From the NCBI GenBank assembly GCA_013239625.1, contig MU054187.1, forward strand, positions 23,312,795 to 23,376,794: DNA of 64,000 bases. Direction: 5' to 3'. The DNA comes from Lama guanicoe. Lineage: Eukaryota. The notes below the pieces were generated by a model that did no database searches, was not told where the DNA came from, and was given only the letters and a program-made list of their open reading frames with translations. This document shows, one piece after another, positions 1-12,984 of this stretch (its first letter is position 1; each line of letters opens with the position of its first letter). The position numbers and the translations under genes are program-made.

Positions 1-1091
1 TGCTTGCTGTTTTGAGTCCAAAATATTTTAAAAATAAAATACAGAAATTGCTTTAAGTTATATTCAGTTATTGAATTCATGATGAAATAAATCTCAAACC
101 TCCATTCTGTGTATTTTTAGTTAAAAAAATTAAATTGTAAGCTAAATAATGCAAAAATGTGTATCTCTTACACTTAAACCATCTGAAACTGTACTGATGT
201 TGTGTTATTAAAACTTGTGCACAACTGAACGCTCTTTGTTTTTCATTCAGCCTCATACATCAGTGAGGGGAAAATCAATACACACCAATGTCTGATGCTT
301 CACTACTGGAATCAACCAGTGGATGGTTAGAGTGAACCGAGCCTCCTGCGTTCTGACTCCCTTCCTCATCCACATCAGCACTTAACACACACAGTCACAC
401 TCAAAAGAACAAGCACAAAAGGACAATTATCACATTTCAATTCCACATTCCTCCTCCTTTTTGCATCTAGATCTACACATATAAAAGGGTCTGCGTGCCC
501 ACATGCCATATGTTTAGTAATCCTGGCTTGCAGAAACTGCGGAGTGCTTGGTGGATGGAATTCGTAGATGTGCATTTATTTAAGCTTTGCGGGGTTGCGC
601 GTCTCTGCAAGGTTCCTTGAGATTGTAACGTCACAATCCCGGTAGAGTGTGACTAACGACCTCTCTTTGACATATCTTACAATTCAACTCCGCCTTCAAC
701 CTTTTCTAGTATTTTGAGATCCATTGCGGGTATCTCTGTGTTTCCAGCCCCAATCTGTTGGCTTCTTATCTATTTCTCTGAGCAGTTCCTTCCTCAGGCT
801 CAAGAAGGAATTTATTCTAGTTTGTTGATATTACCCTCCCGTCATCCAGCCGGTTCACATCCTCTGCACCATCTGCTTGTGATATATCTTCACTACGGCT
901 TTTGCTACCAGGAGAAAAGTATTTAACTGGAGTTAATTCTTTCTTTGATAAGCACATTATTATGACTTTAAGAAATCTTGGAGTTACTGTTTATTATCTG
1001 TTCAAGAGTATTAATTAAAAAAAAAAAAACTTCAGTGCTAATGTGATAAACCAAGGAATCATCTACAATTTCTGTTCTAGGAAGTCTTTTG

Positions 1092-1094
<3 letters not shown>

Positions 1095-1130
<36 letters not shown>
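1095..1130. repeat. (TG)n microsatellite
   Basis: Perfect TG run read directly. Confidence 0.97.
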
Positions 1131-1136
<6 letters not shown>

Positions 1137-1553
1137 AACAGTAGGCATTGATAGGAGTTCTGATTAATATTCTCTTCTCCTTTCCAACAGATCTATAACT
1201 GCACATAGTCCTTCAAGTAATTGATACTCTTTCTAAATACTCAATTCCAGAAGGGAGGGGAAGCTTGATGTCAATCAGTAAATAGTGATTAAGTAATAAG
1301 GATGACATGAATACATATTATATTTACCCTGTTATAAAGATTAAGTAAAGCTCCTTTCCTTTAACAGTGTCCTGATTTTTCTATAGTTTATGTGAATATA
1401 CTACCAAGTATCAGGAAGTTATTTCATTTGCCACAGGATTTTCTCATTTCATTGTGCCTCATCCTGACCTCCATCCAATCTGACTTTTTTTTCCTACTCA
1501 GAGAAGAGTGATAGGAATTCTCATCAACAGGTAATTCCCATGACACCTTTTTA

Positions 1554-1558
<5 letters not shown>

Positions 1559-1587
<29 letters not shown>
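1559..1587. repeat. (AC)n microsatellite
   Basis: Perfect AC run read directly. Confidence 0.97.
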
Positions 1588-1589
<2 letters not shown>

Positions 1590-3179
1590 TAAAATGCTGA
1601 TTCTCAGCTTCAGCTTCATAATTTATGCAATTAATAGTCTTGATCATACATGTGAGTTAAGATCCTTTGCTGGTAAATATTTAACCAGTGGTTCTTGTGG
1701 GTAGGGGTGGGGGGAAGTTTTGAACCATAGAATGTTTGGTTTTCCATGGGGTAAATACTCCCACAATGGCTGAACATAACATCACTGAATATGCAATTAG
1801 TATGTCACCCACAGAGGACAGCTTCCTAGGACAGAAAGTATGAGATAAGTAGAGTGTGTCTCTGGTGGAGCAAACAAAAGACAACTAGCCCACCATATAA
1901 AACAATGAATTTTATGAGCTGAAGATAAGAGGTTTATTAGATGAGGTTTCTGTCGTACTCGAGATTTGTGTTTTTGATGAAAAATATTCATTTCAATTCA
2001 CTATGTACCATACATATTCATTTTCTCTCAATTTGTGTACATGCCAAGATTTTTTCTGCAGATTCATATATAAGTTTTGAACACAGTAAGAACTTTTAAA
2101 AATAATGTTATTTTAATAGGGCATATGATAAATGTTATTTAAAGTTTAAATATTATTTAAATTAATACTTTCTTAAAATAGTATTTTAAAATTAATTTGT
2201 AAAAATCCTTAGTGTAAGGTAAATTTTAATATTCTTCATTCTACAAGTGATCAACATTACTTTAGTTACTTAGAATTAATTATGTAAGATTTAGCATGAC
2301 TTGTTGATAACTTTTTAGAAATAATATTTTGTATTTGATGTACAAGTCAAAGGTATATACAGTAAAGTGTGTATTGAAATTAAAATTCATGATATTAAAA
2401 TAGGAAAAGTCTTTTTTCTTTAACTAATATTTAAAATTAATATTTTATAGTTTAAAAATTTAAGCTAGCTTGATTTTACAATTTTTGTGATTTGATTCTA
2501 AATGTTGTGGTGATGTAGAAGGTTCTAAGCTGAGATTTGTAAGCATTTTCCATAAAACAATTTCATGGAGGTGTAAATACTCTTTATTCCCAATATGAAA
2601 ACCAAAGCTCTATATAATTGTAACTACATTTTCTCTTCTTAACAATGGCATTTAAAATATTATACATTTTGATGTGTCAATCAACTATTTTGATCAGAAG
2701 TATGAAAATTGTATTCCTAGATAAGTTATTTATGAAATAAAATAATTCACTTATGAAATAAGTAAAATATTTTATATTTATTATTAATTTTTTAGCATAA
2801 TGCTTATACCAAAGATGGATGTGTGAGGTACAATCTAAAGACAGTGTCTGACTTATGTCTTTTTTATAACTAATCATTTAGAAGCCTAGGATAAATTAAC
2901 AGTCTTATATTCTCTGTACCATAGAATAATACTATGGTTCACATCAGAGTCTGAATCAAAAGTTAGAAACTACATGTATTCTAATTATAAAATAAAACAG
3001 GCACAATTATTTGAAAAATCATACCAAAAACTTAGAAAGGCACAAAAATCTAAACCAAACAAATTTATTAACAGGTAACCAATACTCTCAATTTTCAGTT
3101 CTCATCATCATTAACATAAACACTTTAGAATGTAATTTTCAGTAATTCTATGTTTATATACCTACATGCACACAAAAAA

Positions 3180-3640
3180 TACACTCCCTTTAAAAAAGTC
3201 TTATGGTATAAACTGCTTTCTAGCCTCTAGTCCAATACTGCAAATATTGTATAATGGTAATGAGAATTCTTTTATAACATGGTTTTAATTATTCCAATTG
3301 TAGTCTATTTTATGAGTGAACTATAAGTTGTTTAAATCACTCCTTTTTATTCATGATATAAGTAGTTTCTATTTTCCTGTTTTTATAGAAAACACAACTA
3401 ATGAACATGTCTGTCTTTGCTCACCTCTGTATTGATTTCTTTGAAAAAATTTCCAAAGCATTTTAAGACTTTGACACACAATGATAGATTAGCCTGTTAA
3501 AAAATGTGCCAAATTACGTGAACACCAGCAATGTAACTGCCTGTTTTTCTAAACTCTCACAGCACTGGGCATTACTATTACATATTTGCCAATTTCATCA
3601 TAGCAAATTCAATTAATTATATTTCAGCGTATTAATTATT
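3180..3640 (-). mobile_element. Ancient L1 (L1M-type) fragment
   Basis: Degenerate antisense L1 motifs (tgtgccaaattac…accagcaatgt…cacagcactgggcatt…tttgccaatt); boundaries approximate. Confidence 0.55.
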
Positions 3641-3738
3641 TTTGCTTAAGATGAAAATAACATGTAGTCATATACTAGAAGACATAATTTCATGCATCTA
3701 CATACACTCTTACTAACAAGATCATGTCTACCATTATT

Positions 3739-4243
3739 CATTGGGAGATAATTCTCCAAGGGTCTCTCCCATTTCCATACATCTTAGGACATCTTTTGTT
3801 CTGGACTATCTTTTTGAAGATAGTTGTATGGAGAACTGTGATTCAGAGACAGGGTCTCCCTCTAAGGCAGAGGGAAGGTTTGTCTGCTGTACAAGATAAT
3901 TAAGAGATATTTTCCTGCAAGGTAAAAGTTGCACAGGTTTATTGGAAGCCACTTTTTAAAGAATGAAGTTTCCTAAATGGACATCTCCTTAGCTGTGACA
4001 CAAACACACTGCGTGCATAGGTCCTCCTGGACTCTAGTTCACATCGCCCACGGCACTTGGTTATCCAGGGGAACCAATACAAATAGGAAGTTTATGCTGT
4101 CTGCTCTGCTCCAAGTAGGAAAGTCATTTGTCTCTGTTCCAGGAGTCTTGTATCTTCCATCAATGCCTATGAAACTGTGGCAGGCGAACTTGTGAGCTTA
4201 CAATTAGGGTAAAATCTCAGGCCCTTCAGAGAAGATCTTAATA
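3739..4243 (+). mobile_element. ERVL solo LTR, LTR40-like
   Basis: Begins ttgggagataattctccaagggtctctc and ends gaaactgtggcaggcgaacttgtgagcttacaattagggtaaaatctcaggcccttca, matching the recalled LTR40 consensus. Confidence 0.8.
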
Positions 4244-6224
4244 CAATTTAGACTTCCTGAGTGTTAGGGATAGTTTTCCTGGAAAATACATACCCTTCTA
4301 GAAACAATTTAGGCTAGAGTGCTATGTTAATAGATTAAAAAAAAATTCTTTTTCAGTGAACTATATATAGCTTGGTATAGTAGATGGAGGAAAAGGGAGG
4401 AATGAAAGAGTAAATGGGGGAAATAGAGATACGTGTAGCATCATGGGTGAAGAATACTTAGTCCTGGTCAGAAAACTTGCAAATTTTTTTTCCCAAGTAC
4501 AAGAAAATTACCCCTCCTTCCTAGAGAAACAACTCAGGTATTGAACCACCTTAATTCCTGTTTTGGAAAGAATACAGATGGAAATTAATCAATCAGTAAC
4601 TCAGACGGTGGGTACATGCATAAAAGGTCATCTTTATATACAAACCATTGATTTTAAAATGTATCATTTATTACATTTCATTTCTCTAAATTGTAGAGTC
4701 ATAAACTTGTGTGAAACAAAGTCACCAGCAGGACTACAAACAGGCCTTTAGGGAATCAAACATTTAAAACGCTGTTCTATGGAATCAGATTTCTTCATCT
4801 AAAACTAACTCTCGTTCACCATAATAGCGGTGGAATAAAAAAAAAATACAAGTGTTCCTTTAATATTTTAAATGATAAAATGTATTGAAAGCTTACTATG
4901 CATGAAGCAGCAGCAGCAGAAAATAACTAAGTTTCTTAAGATTTGCCCTCCCCGTTCTGATTTACTTACTTTTCTGTTTTGGCTCCACTCTTTGCTGTAT
5001 TGTAAAAAACTGCATTGTCGGAAAGCATACCAATAAAATAAGTGCTAAATTTTGTTCAAGTCAATTAGAATTACTTATCTTTCATCTAAACAGAAATATA
5101 AGTCAAAATATAATTCAAACGACTGCTTTTTCACCAGGGGTGTTTGAGCAGTTTCATTTCCCTTTGTGCTTCAGGCTTGTCACAAAATGCAGAGCTTTTA
5201 CTGGCTTCAAAGGAAACGTCTAGCATGAAAGAAAGAAACAGAAACAAAGGAGACTGAGAATATGTTACGTTGTGACTGCGTGTGTTGGGCTACGTTCTGT
5301 TTCCAGGATTAATTTAGGAAATAAAAGGACGAATGAAAATGAGTGGTGAGCTTGATTCTTACTGTTATCATTTAATATATCACTGTCTGGTGTTTATCTT
5401 AAGTGTTATGAATTTGCAGCATGACTCCAGCTGGCGTAACGTCCAGGAAAATTGCTGTACGTAAATTTGGAAGACCGAAGTTCTGGTTTCAGCATGCCAG
5501 TGACACGCGTGTTGTCTTTTCATCTCTCTGGGGCTGATTTGCGGATTTAGAGGGACGATTTCAGTGGTTATTAACATTTTAGAAAGTCACAACACTGTGT
5601 AAGAACATGCAAAGTCTATAGCAGTAGAATACTGAAACAAAGACATTTATCATGTACATTGAGAGGAGTCATCTGTATCGCTAAATTGATAAAAACATTA
5701 CAAGAAGCCCTTAACCTCATGATCCTTCAATTTCTATGATCTAGGATTTAGATCTGACCTAATAAATATTTGAAATATGAAATCATCACCACTAGCGATA
5801 ATAAAAATTATTTCCATAACTGGCAATTGTTACTATGACTAAAGGACTAAAGCATTAGGCTAGAAATGATCAAAGTTATGTCTGGAATAACAAAAATAAA
5901 TAATTTTACAAGAATGGTGTAAAGAGCTAAAGATATATCACAGCTTCCTTAGTATAATAAAGAAAACTTTCATAATTTTATTTTTTTCAATATTTGTAAT
6001 GAATGTTGAGTGAGGAGCAGCTTTCTACAAATGAATAAAAAGATTATAATAACAATAAAATAGAAAATTATGAAAGACTTACATGCTGAATATTGAAGAT
6101 AATTTTTTAAAATATGAGCATTTTATACCACTATGGTACTCCTAAGTTAATCAGTCCTTTTAATTTTCAATAATTTCTGAATACACAAAAGGCTAATTTA
6201 TACAATATTCTACCAATTAGAAAG

Positions 6225-6800
6225 CCATTCAAAAGTATTTATTGGGTGCATACTATTTCTACAAGATATTATAATGGGAAAAACAAAGGATACATGTGAA
6301 TAAAATGCAACTTTTCTCTTGAAGAATTCAGAACTTATCAGAAGCAATGAAATAGACATAAACATAACTGATTTTCTGAACAGAGGGTTTTTAGTAATAA
6401 AGGTATATTATTTTGTGAACTTTGGGAAGGAATAATTAATTCCACCTGAAGGAATTAAGAAGTACTCATGGGGAGATGGCAAATGGTCTGGGCCAGGAAG
6501 AAAGACTAGGAGACTCATTGACAGAGATGAAAAAAAGAAGCATTCCATATGGGGGGAAAGAATGAACCAGAAACAAAGACAGAAAAGCTCAGAATATTTT
6601 CAGAGAGTGCTTCGTTGTCCAGTGTGCAGCTGAAGCACCAAATTTAGAGGCTAGAAAGTAAAGAAAAACATAGAATGAAATCCATTTATGGAGCTATCTC
6701 CTAGAGACCTGCATTTTATTCTGTGTGTAATGAGGCTCCATCAAAGTTTCTAAGAACAACGCCGTGGGAGGTATACTTTAAGAATGATCCGGGAATCATT
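6225..6800 (-). mobile_element. L2 3' fragment
   Basis: cattcaaaagtatttattgggtgcatacta is the typical antisense L2 3' terminus, followed by purine-rich L2-like body. Confidence 0.6.
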
Positions 6801-6829
6801 CAGCCTTCACACTCACCATCTTTGCGCAC

Positions 6830-6950
6830 AGTATTTTATCTCTGAATCCATTTCCTCAACTGTAAAATATTAACCACAACAACTCCATGAGACAGATAAG
6901 GTTAAAATGATTTAGCATGTCAAATTCTAGCCCAGACATAGACTCAATAA
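6830..6950 (+). mobile_element. MIR fragment
   Basis: Core-like tctctgaatccatttcctcaactgtaaaat. Confidence 0.55.
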
Positions 6951-9534
6951 ACATGATTTCCCTAACTGCAAATTTGTGTGAAACATTACTAAAATAAAAT
7001 ATTAATTGAAATTCAGCTGATGAGCTTTTGAATCAAAGAAAATAAATCATTATCACACTGATCTTTGTGTTCAATCATTTTTTGAACAATTAGTAACACA
7101 TGGGTGAAGTATGTATTTTTCCATGGTGCTTTTTTTTTTTAACAAAACTCTTTTTATAAAAGAGAACATTTTACACTCTGGCCATGCTACATGGCATTTA
7201 TGCACAATGTGTTCAGCTAGCATGACCATCTGTCCAGATAAATGATTCCAACTTTATACATATATATTTGCTACAAAATCTGTAGTCCAAATTAAGTTTT
7301 ACATAAAGTTCATTGAGACAGCAAAATGACAGAGTATGAATAACAGTATTAGGTTTTGGAGTTTCTAGGAAAGAATAGCAAACAAATCAGTGATGGTTGT
7401 ATTGTCTGTGGAATTGAATCCACTCATTCTAGTCATCAGAAATCAGTGTTATTCTCTTCCACAGGATTTACACAGTTTACCTTCCATACTATAGCAGCAA
7501 ACTAGCCCACGCTAGCTAAATAAAGCCTGTGGTAGCTGGCTATTTCATTTATAGATCCTTACCTTTCAAAGTGCTGTCAGCTCAATGGAAGATAAGGGCT
7601 AAATTTTTTCCTCTCTTCAGTTCACAGTAGAAGTACACCTGATACACTTGCTTGCTAGAGGGATACCAGGTGATGCTTTGCTGAGGGTCTTTATCAACTC
7701 AAAAGTACACAACCACAATCAGGATATGTTTACACCATGCACCTTTTAAACATTAAAGAACTAGTTTTCATCAATAAAGGGAATATACCTTTCAGCAGGT
7801 AGGCAAATGCTTTGTTTCTTGACTATAAACAAGACTAGCCAAAGGACTCTGCTAAAGGAAGCCTTCCCTCTCTGTTCTCCCTGTCCCAGCTCTTCCCCTG
7901 TATCCATGCACTTAAAAGAAAGACAGAGAGCTGCCCACGTGGACACCTGAAACCATCTCAGACACGCACCCTCAGATGGTTTGATGGTATTTCACCTGAA
8001 ATCCACGTCAATCGACTTGTTGACTAGTTACCTGTTTTAGCCCATGTACTTCATGAATTAAAACATGTTATTACCCAAATACCATTTCATGTCTCATAAC
8101 ATAGACAAAAAATCTTACAGGATGAAAACAGAAAGCACTTTTAAGCAACATATGAACAGATAAAATTTAAAACACATTCGCAAAATGAGGAGAAAAGAAT
8201 TTCCATCTTCACAGTTTGCTTCAAAAGTTTCAGAGTTTAATTTGGATTCAATTTAGAGGGAAAAAAAATCCTTACAATTACATCATTGATCTAAATCTCC
8301 AGAGTCCAGAAACCAGATTAAAAAAAAATACCTTGAGAGATTCTATTTTGGTCATGAGATTTCTGGCATTGTCGCCTGCCTCTAGAGTTAGTAATGCCCA
8401 GGAGAATAATGAATATTTCCGAATTTGGCACTGTGGATTCCAATACCTGCCAGCAAACAAGAGTGTTAGTGAAAAATCCCTACCCATAGGGGGAATTTCC
8501 CAAAAGACAGCCGTCGGTTGGCAGTGCTCAACAAAGGTGTGGCCGTAGGAAGAGTTCCAGCTTTGCCTCATAGTGATCAGCAGGGTCTATGAGGAGAGTT
8601 TCAATCACTGGTGCCTTTTTTTTTCTTTTTTTTTTGTGAAAAATAAATTCTGCCTATGTTAATTTTACGAAGAAATTCAGTACTAAAATCACAGTTATTT
8701 CTGAAAAATCTGCCTGCCACTGGAATGACAAAAAATTAACTGCACAAGAACTATTTCCTTTGGTTTCTTTGAAAGAAATTTGCAAACACTCACTTTGCAG
8801 GTTAGTCTTGTTCTTCCTTTTGTGACCTGTAGCAGGGAAACAGAATCAAGACAGGAGGTCATGAGAACAAGATGGGAGCATGGAACCGAGTTCAGGTTTC
8901 AGTCAGGGGGTTAGTGGAGTTACAAACCTCCTGATGCTTCTGCCTTCTCCACATATAAAACTTTATAGACTGTCCTGCATAAAAAACTGTCTTCATGGTA
9001 GAATTTATGACTTTGTCCAAAAAAAAAAAAAAAGATCAGCAGAACTATAAATAGATTCTCATTAGCTTGCCATTTTTAAAGGAATTTAGACATCAGCTAA
9101 TATCTTCGGGAGTTGGAGAGCAGGGAAATTCCTGCTACACAGAGGAGAATCCCAAACTGCATTTTTTTCGAAGTATCTGAGAAGTCTTCAGTGACAGAAG
9201 CAATCTACGTGTTGCTGTTCCTGAATCACTCATTTCTCTTCCACGGGTTTTTGTGGATCATGTCCATTTTTAAGAAGATAATGGATAGCCAGGCAAACTT
9301 CCACATATTTCTCATCTATATTTTGACACTATGCGGATTTCCATCAAGATATAGTTTAGCTTCAAAAATATGGTTAACTAGGAAATAGCTGGAAGCTGCT
9401 TCAATAAATCAGAAAGATAAATTTTAAGAGATATCTGTGTATAATCAAAGCTTGGAATTCATTTCTACAGGAAATCAATGAGATAGTTTTGAAAAATTGA
9501 AAAGGGATTTTACATGTATATAAAGAAAGCTGGC

Positions 9535-9610
9535 TGAAAAATCATGCTGTACACTGGAATTTGACATAACATTGTAAAATGACTATAACTCAATAAAAAA
9601 TGTTTAAAAA
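9535..9610 (+). mobile_element. Extremely 5'-truncated young L1 (76 bp) with 13-bp TSD
   Basis: L1 tail gctgtacactggaatttgacataacattgtaaaatgactataactcaataaaaaa; TSD aaagaaagctggc at 9522-9534 and 9611-9623. Confidence 0.92.
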
Positions 9611-10654
9611 AAAGAAAGCTGGCATTTGCCAGAATGTTAAATAGACAAAAAGTGGCAAGAATTATGTACCGTTGTGCTTTATGAAATAAATTTAATATAT
9701 GCAAGATGGAGACATTTTTCTTCATTTTATGAAAAACACTGCTGAATAGTTTATGGAATAAAATTCATAGAATGTAGCCTTGTGTGTGTGTGTGTACATC
9801 TGTGTGTATGTATGTAGAGGTACATTACAGGAATTTAAAAATTTTTGTGGCTATTGTGGTAAAAAGAATTCCTCGATATTAAAAAATAATCTAAAATGTA
9901 CCTTTTTATATCTTTTTCCTGTGTATCATCTTGCCATTGGGAACAGTTAGCAATTCAGGAAACAAAGCATTTATCAGCCGTCAGTCACACAAAGCTTAAG
10001 AGGAGATAAGATGATGGTAATTGGAAGATTATAATTGGAAAAATATTTCCCAGCGGAGACATAGGTCAGGGAAGCAATGGCTGGCAATTATATCGGGCTA
10101 TTGAGCATTTGCTCCAAAACATACCTGTGGATTTTTCGTTTTACCTATTCTAAAGGAGAGTAAAGGCCAACACTATTTTCACTGAATTAAGATAATAATA
10201 TTAATCCTAATTCTCTCCTATGCCTCAATCACATTTTGCTAGAAAGACACTATTAAACACTACCACTAGCAGCATACTGCTTTTAATTATATATTAAGAT
10301 GCTACACTAGCGTTTTATAAAGTCATACCCACGGCAGGTACCCTAATGCTAAACTAAGAACCACTGTTAAAATTAATTGTCTAACTAGTTGCCCCGTTAT
10401 GTCCATCCTTTAAAAGTGGATGTATACATCATATTATCATTCAGTATTGATACTGGCCAGTATTCTACTGTGGAAGCTTTACTTTGTATCATTTACACTA
10501 ATGTAGATCTTCTTTTTCCCAACCGATTTCCTCTCTTTCCTTATATTTTCTGTTTAGCATCAAACGTGTTATTACAGATGAAAGACTATTGAAATGAAAT
10601 ATTTTGCTAATGGAAACATTATGGGTTAATTTCATACTTCATACTTCCTAATGA

Positions 10655-11416
10655 ATTTTTTTGTTTTTATTTTTTATTGAAGTATAATCAGTTTAAAATG
10701 TTGTGTCATTTTCTGGTGTACAGCATAGTGTTTCAATGATACATATACATACATATATTCATTTTCATCTACAAGAAATTGAATAGAGTTCCCTGTGCTA
10801 TACAGAAGATACTTGTCGTTTATCTATTTTATATGTAGTATCTGCAAATCTCAAACCCCTAATTTATCCCTTCCCACCACCTTCCCCCCCAGTAACCATA
10901 AGTTTGCTTTTTATGTCTGTGAGTCTGTTTCTGTTTTGTAAATAGATTCTTTTGTGTCACTCTTTTTTTTTTAAGATTACATATACATAATATCGTATGG
11001 TATTTTTCTTTCTCTTTGTGGCTTGCTTCACATAGAATGATGATCTCCAGATCCATCCATGTCTCTGCAAATGGCATTATTTAATTCTTTTTTTTTTTTT
11101 GGCTGAGTAGCATTCTCTTTTTTTTTTAACATTTTTTATTGATTTATAATCATTTTACAATGTTGTGTCAAATTCCAGTGTTCAGCACAATTTTTCAGTC
11201 ATTCATGGACATATACACACTCATTGTCACATTTTTTCTCTGTGATTTATCATAACATTTTGTGTATATTTCCCTGTGCTATTGAGTAGCATTCTCTTGA
11301 ACATATATATCACATTTACTTTATCCAGTCATCTGTCAATGGACATTTAGGTTGTTTCCATATCTTGGGTACTGTAAATAGTGCTGCTATGAACATTGGG
11401 GCACGTGCATCTTTTT
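10655..11416 (-). mobile_element. Lineage-specific L1 3' end (ORF2 C-terminus + 3'UTR), interrupted by nested L1
   Basis: Minus ORF MPFAETWMDLEIIILCEASHKEKEKYH resembles the L1 ORF2 C-terminal region; T-rich tail at left end. Confidence 0.92.
11120..11282 (-). mobile_element. Younger L1 3' tip nested in older L1
   Basis: Poly-T followed by antisense L1 tail; perfect 16-bp TSD tgagtagcattctctt at 11104-11119 and 11283-11298. Confidence 0.93.
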
Positions 11417-12259
11417 AAGAAGAAAATTAGTTACAGTTGGTTATGATCATATCTATTCTATATAAAGGAAACCAAGTCATCAAGGGAACACAGTGTGCTC
11501 TAGCAATCCCAGTTTGAAAGACAGATACAGAAATGTGGTTCTAGCAAATGGTTCCAGTATTTTAATGAGGATGAAGTTTGGCTACAAGTCATGGAGGATC
11601 CTGATAATAAAGGGTTAAATACATCAGAAGTGGTTTCTCAGGCACCAGAGAAGTCCGAGGTCTGAGGTGAGCAGATTGACTCACGTTGTCGTCGTAGGCC
11701 CCTTTCCACCTGTATGACCTTGTCATCTTCGTCTGAAATATGTTCCAACCGTACTGTCCATTTTCCATTCCCCAGAAGGAGATGAAGAGGCAAGCCATCT
11801 CCACAAGCTTGCACAGCATATTCCAGTTTCTATCCCTTTGACCAGAAATTACAGCAGCTGGGCTGGTTGAGAGATGCAGTCTGCATCCTGAGCTGCTGTA
11901 TGTCCAGACAAAAATCAGATGTTCTGTCACTATGGAATAAGAGGCTGACACACACCTGGGGACAAAGAGTGGTTTCTACTATAAGCCAATGTCTAGCAGG
12001 TACATATAGGAAAACATATATAAATTCTGTGACTATTTAGCACCAATAATGAAAAAAAATTTCTTTTGCATATAATTTTAATAAAAGAGTTATTACATTT
12101 TATATTAATAAGACAACTTAAGACAATTATATTAATAAGACAATATGATGGTTTCTACAGAGCAATGCTTGAGCTCAAATATCTTTTCTGAGCTACAAGT
12201 CACATGTTACTAGAGAATCAAGTTATATTTATTTATGTGCTAGAAGACAGGAACCTATA

Positions 12260-12750
12260 GTTTTAGTTATCTCCTCCTATGGAGCAAAGGATCCCCAAAA
12301 TTAGTAACTTAAAACAACAACTATTTTATCATCTCTTATAATGTTGTGAGCACCCTGAGCTCACCTGCGCGGTTCTGTCCCACATCATCTTTGCAGAGGC
12401 TGCAGCTACTGAGAGCTTAAATGTGCTGATATGTCAAGACAGGGGTTGTCCGTCCGAGTACCACTCCGCGTCCCCTGGGCTCTGCCCAGCCTGCAAGCTG
12501 GGTCCAGGAGACTGGAAGGTAAAGCTTCTAGTTTTCTAAAGGTCTTCACTCAGAAACCCCAGAGCATCATTTCCACCACATTCTTTTGTTAAAACCAGTC
12601 CCAAGGCCATCCCAGCATTAAGGTAGGGAAGGTAATTGGGGCCAGGGAGAAAGATCAAATTCTGCCTTTTGATGTAAGCAGAGGTATGCACATCAAAGGA
12701 GGGGAGAACGCGTTAGAGGCCATCTTCAGAGACTAGTTCCTAATTATATG
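12260..12750 (-). mobile_element. Old MaLR (MLT1-type) LTR
   Basis: ccccaaaattagtaacttaaaacaacaactattttatcatctc start and cattcttttgttaaaaccagtcccaaggcc motif typical of MLT1. Confidence 0.7.
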
Positions 12751-12984
12751 TAATAGCAAAAGCAGTAGAAATAATGCAGAAAGCCAACAATTCAGTGATA
12801 AAACTAAATCTAAAATTTTACCAGAAAGCATTGTTTAATAGGTAATAAAGTCATTGGAAATCCCATTAAAGGCAACGAGACCATAGACTAGGTTACAAAA
12901 ATCAAGTTTTCTCGTCTTCATTCAATGAGCATTTACAGAGTGTCTTTCACGTATTCAGATATGTGACATGTTGAATTTACATAG

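Noticed and set aside
714..926. 70-aa plus ORF and a minus-strand exon-like stretch (KSRSEDISQADGAEDVNRLDDGR)
   Set aside because: No recognisable homology and in-frame stops follow; cannot support a CDS
1191..1530. Casein/SCPP-like micro-exons (1191-1216 and 1502-1530, e.g. KSDRNSHQQ)
   Set aside because: Splice-like signals exist but lengths are not multiples of 3, and I see no signal-peptide exon or SxE clusters
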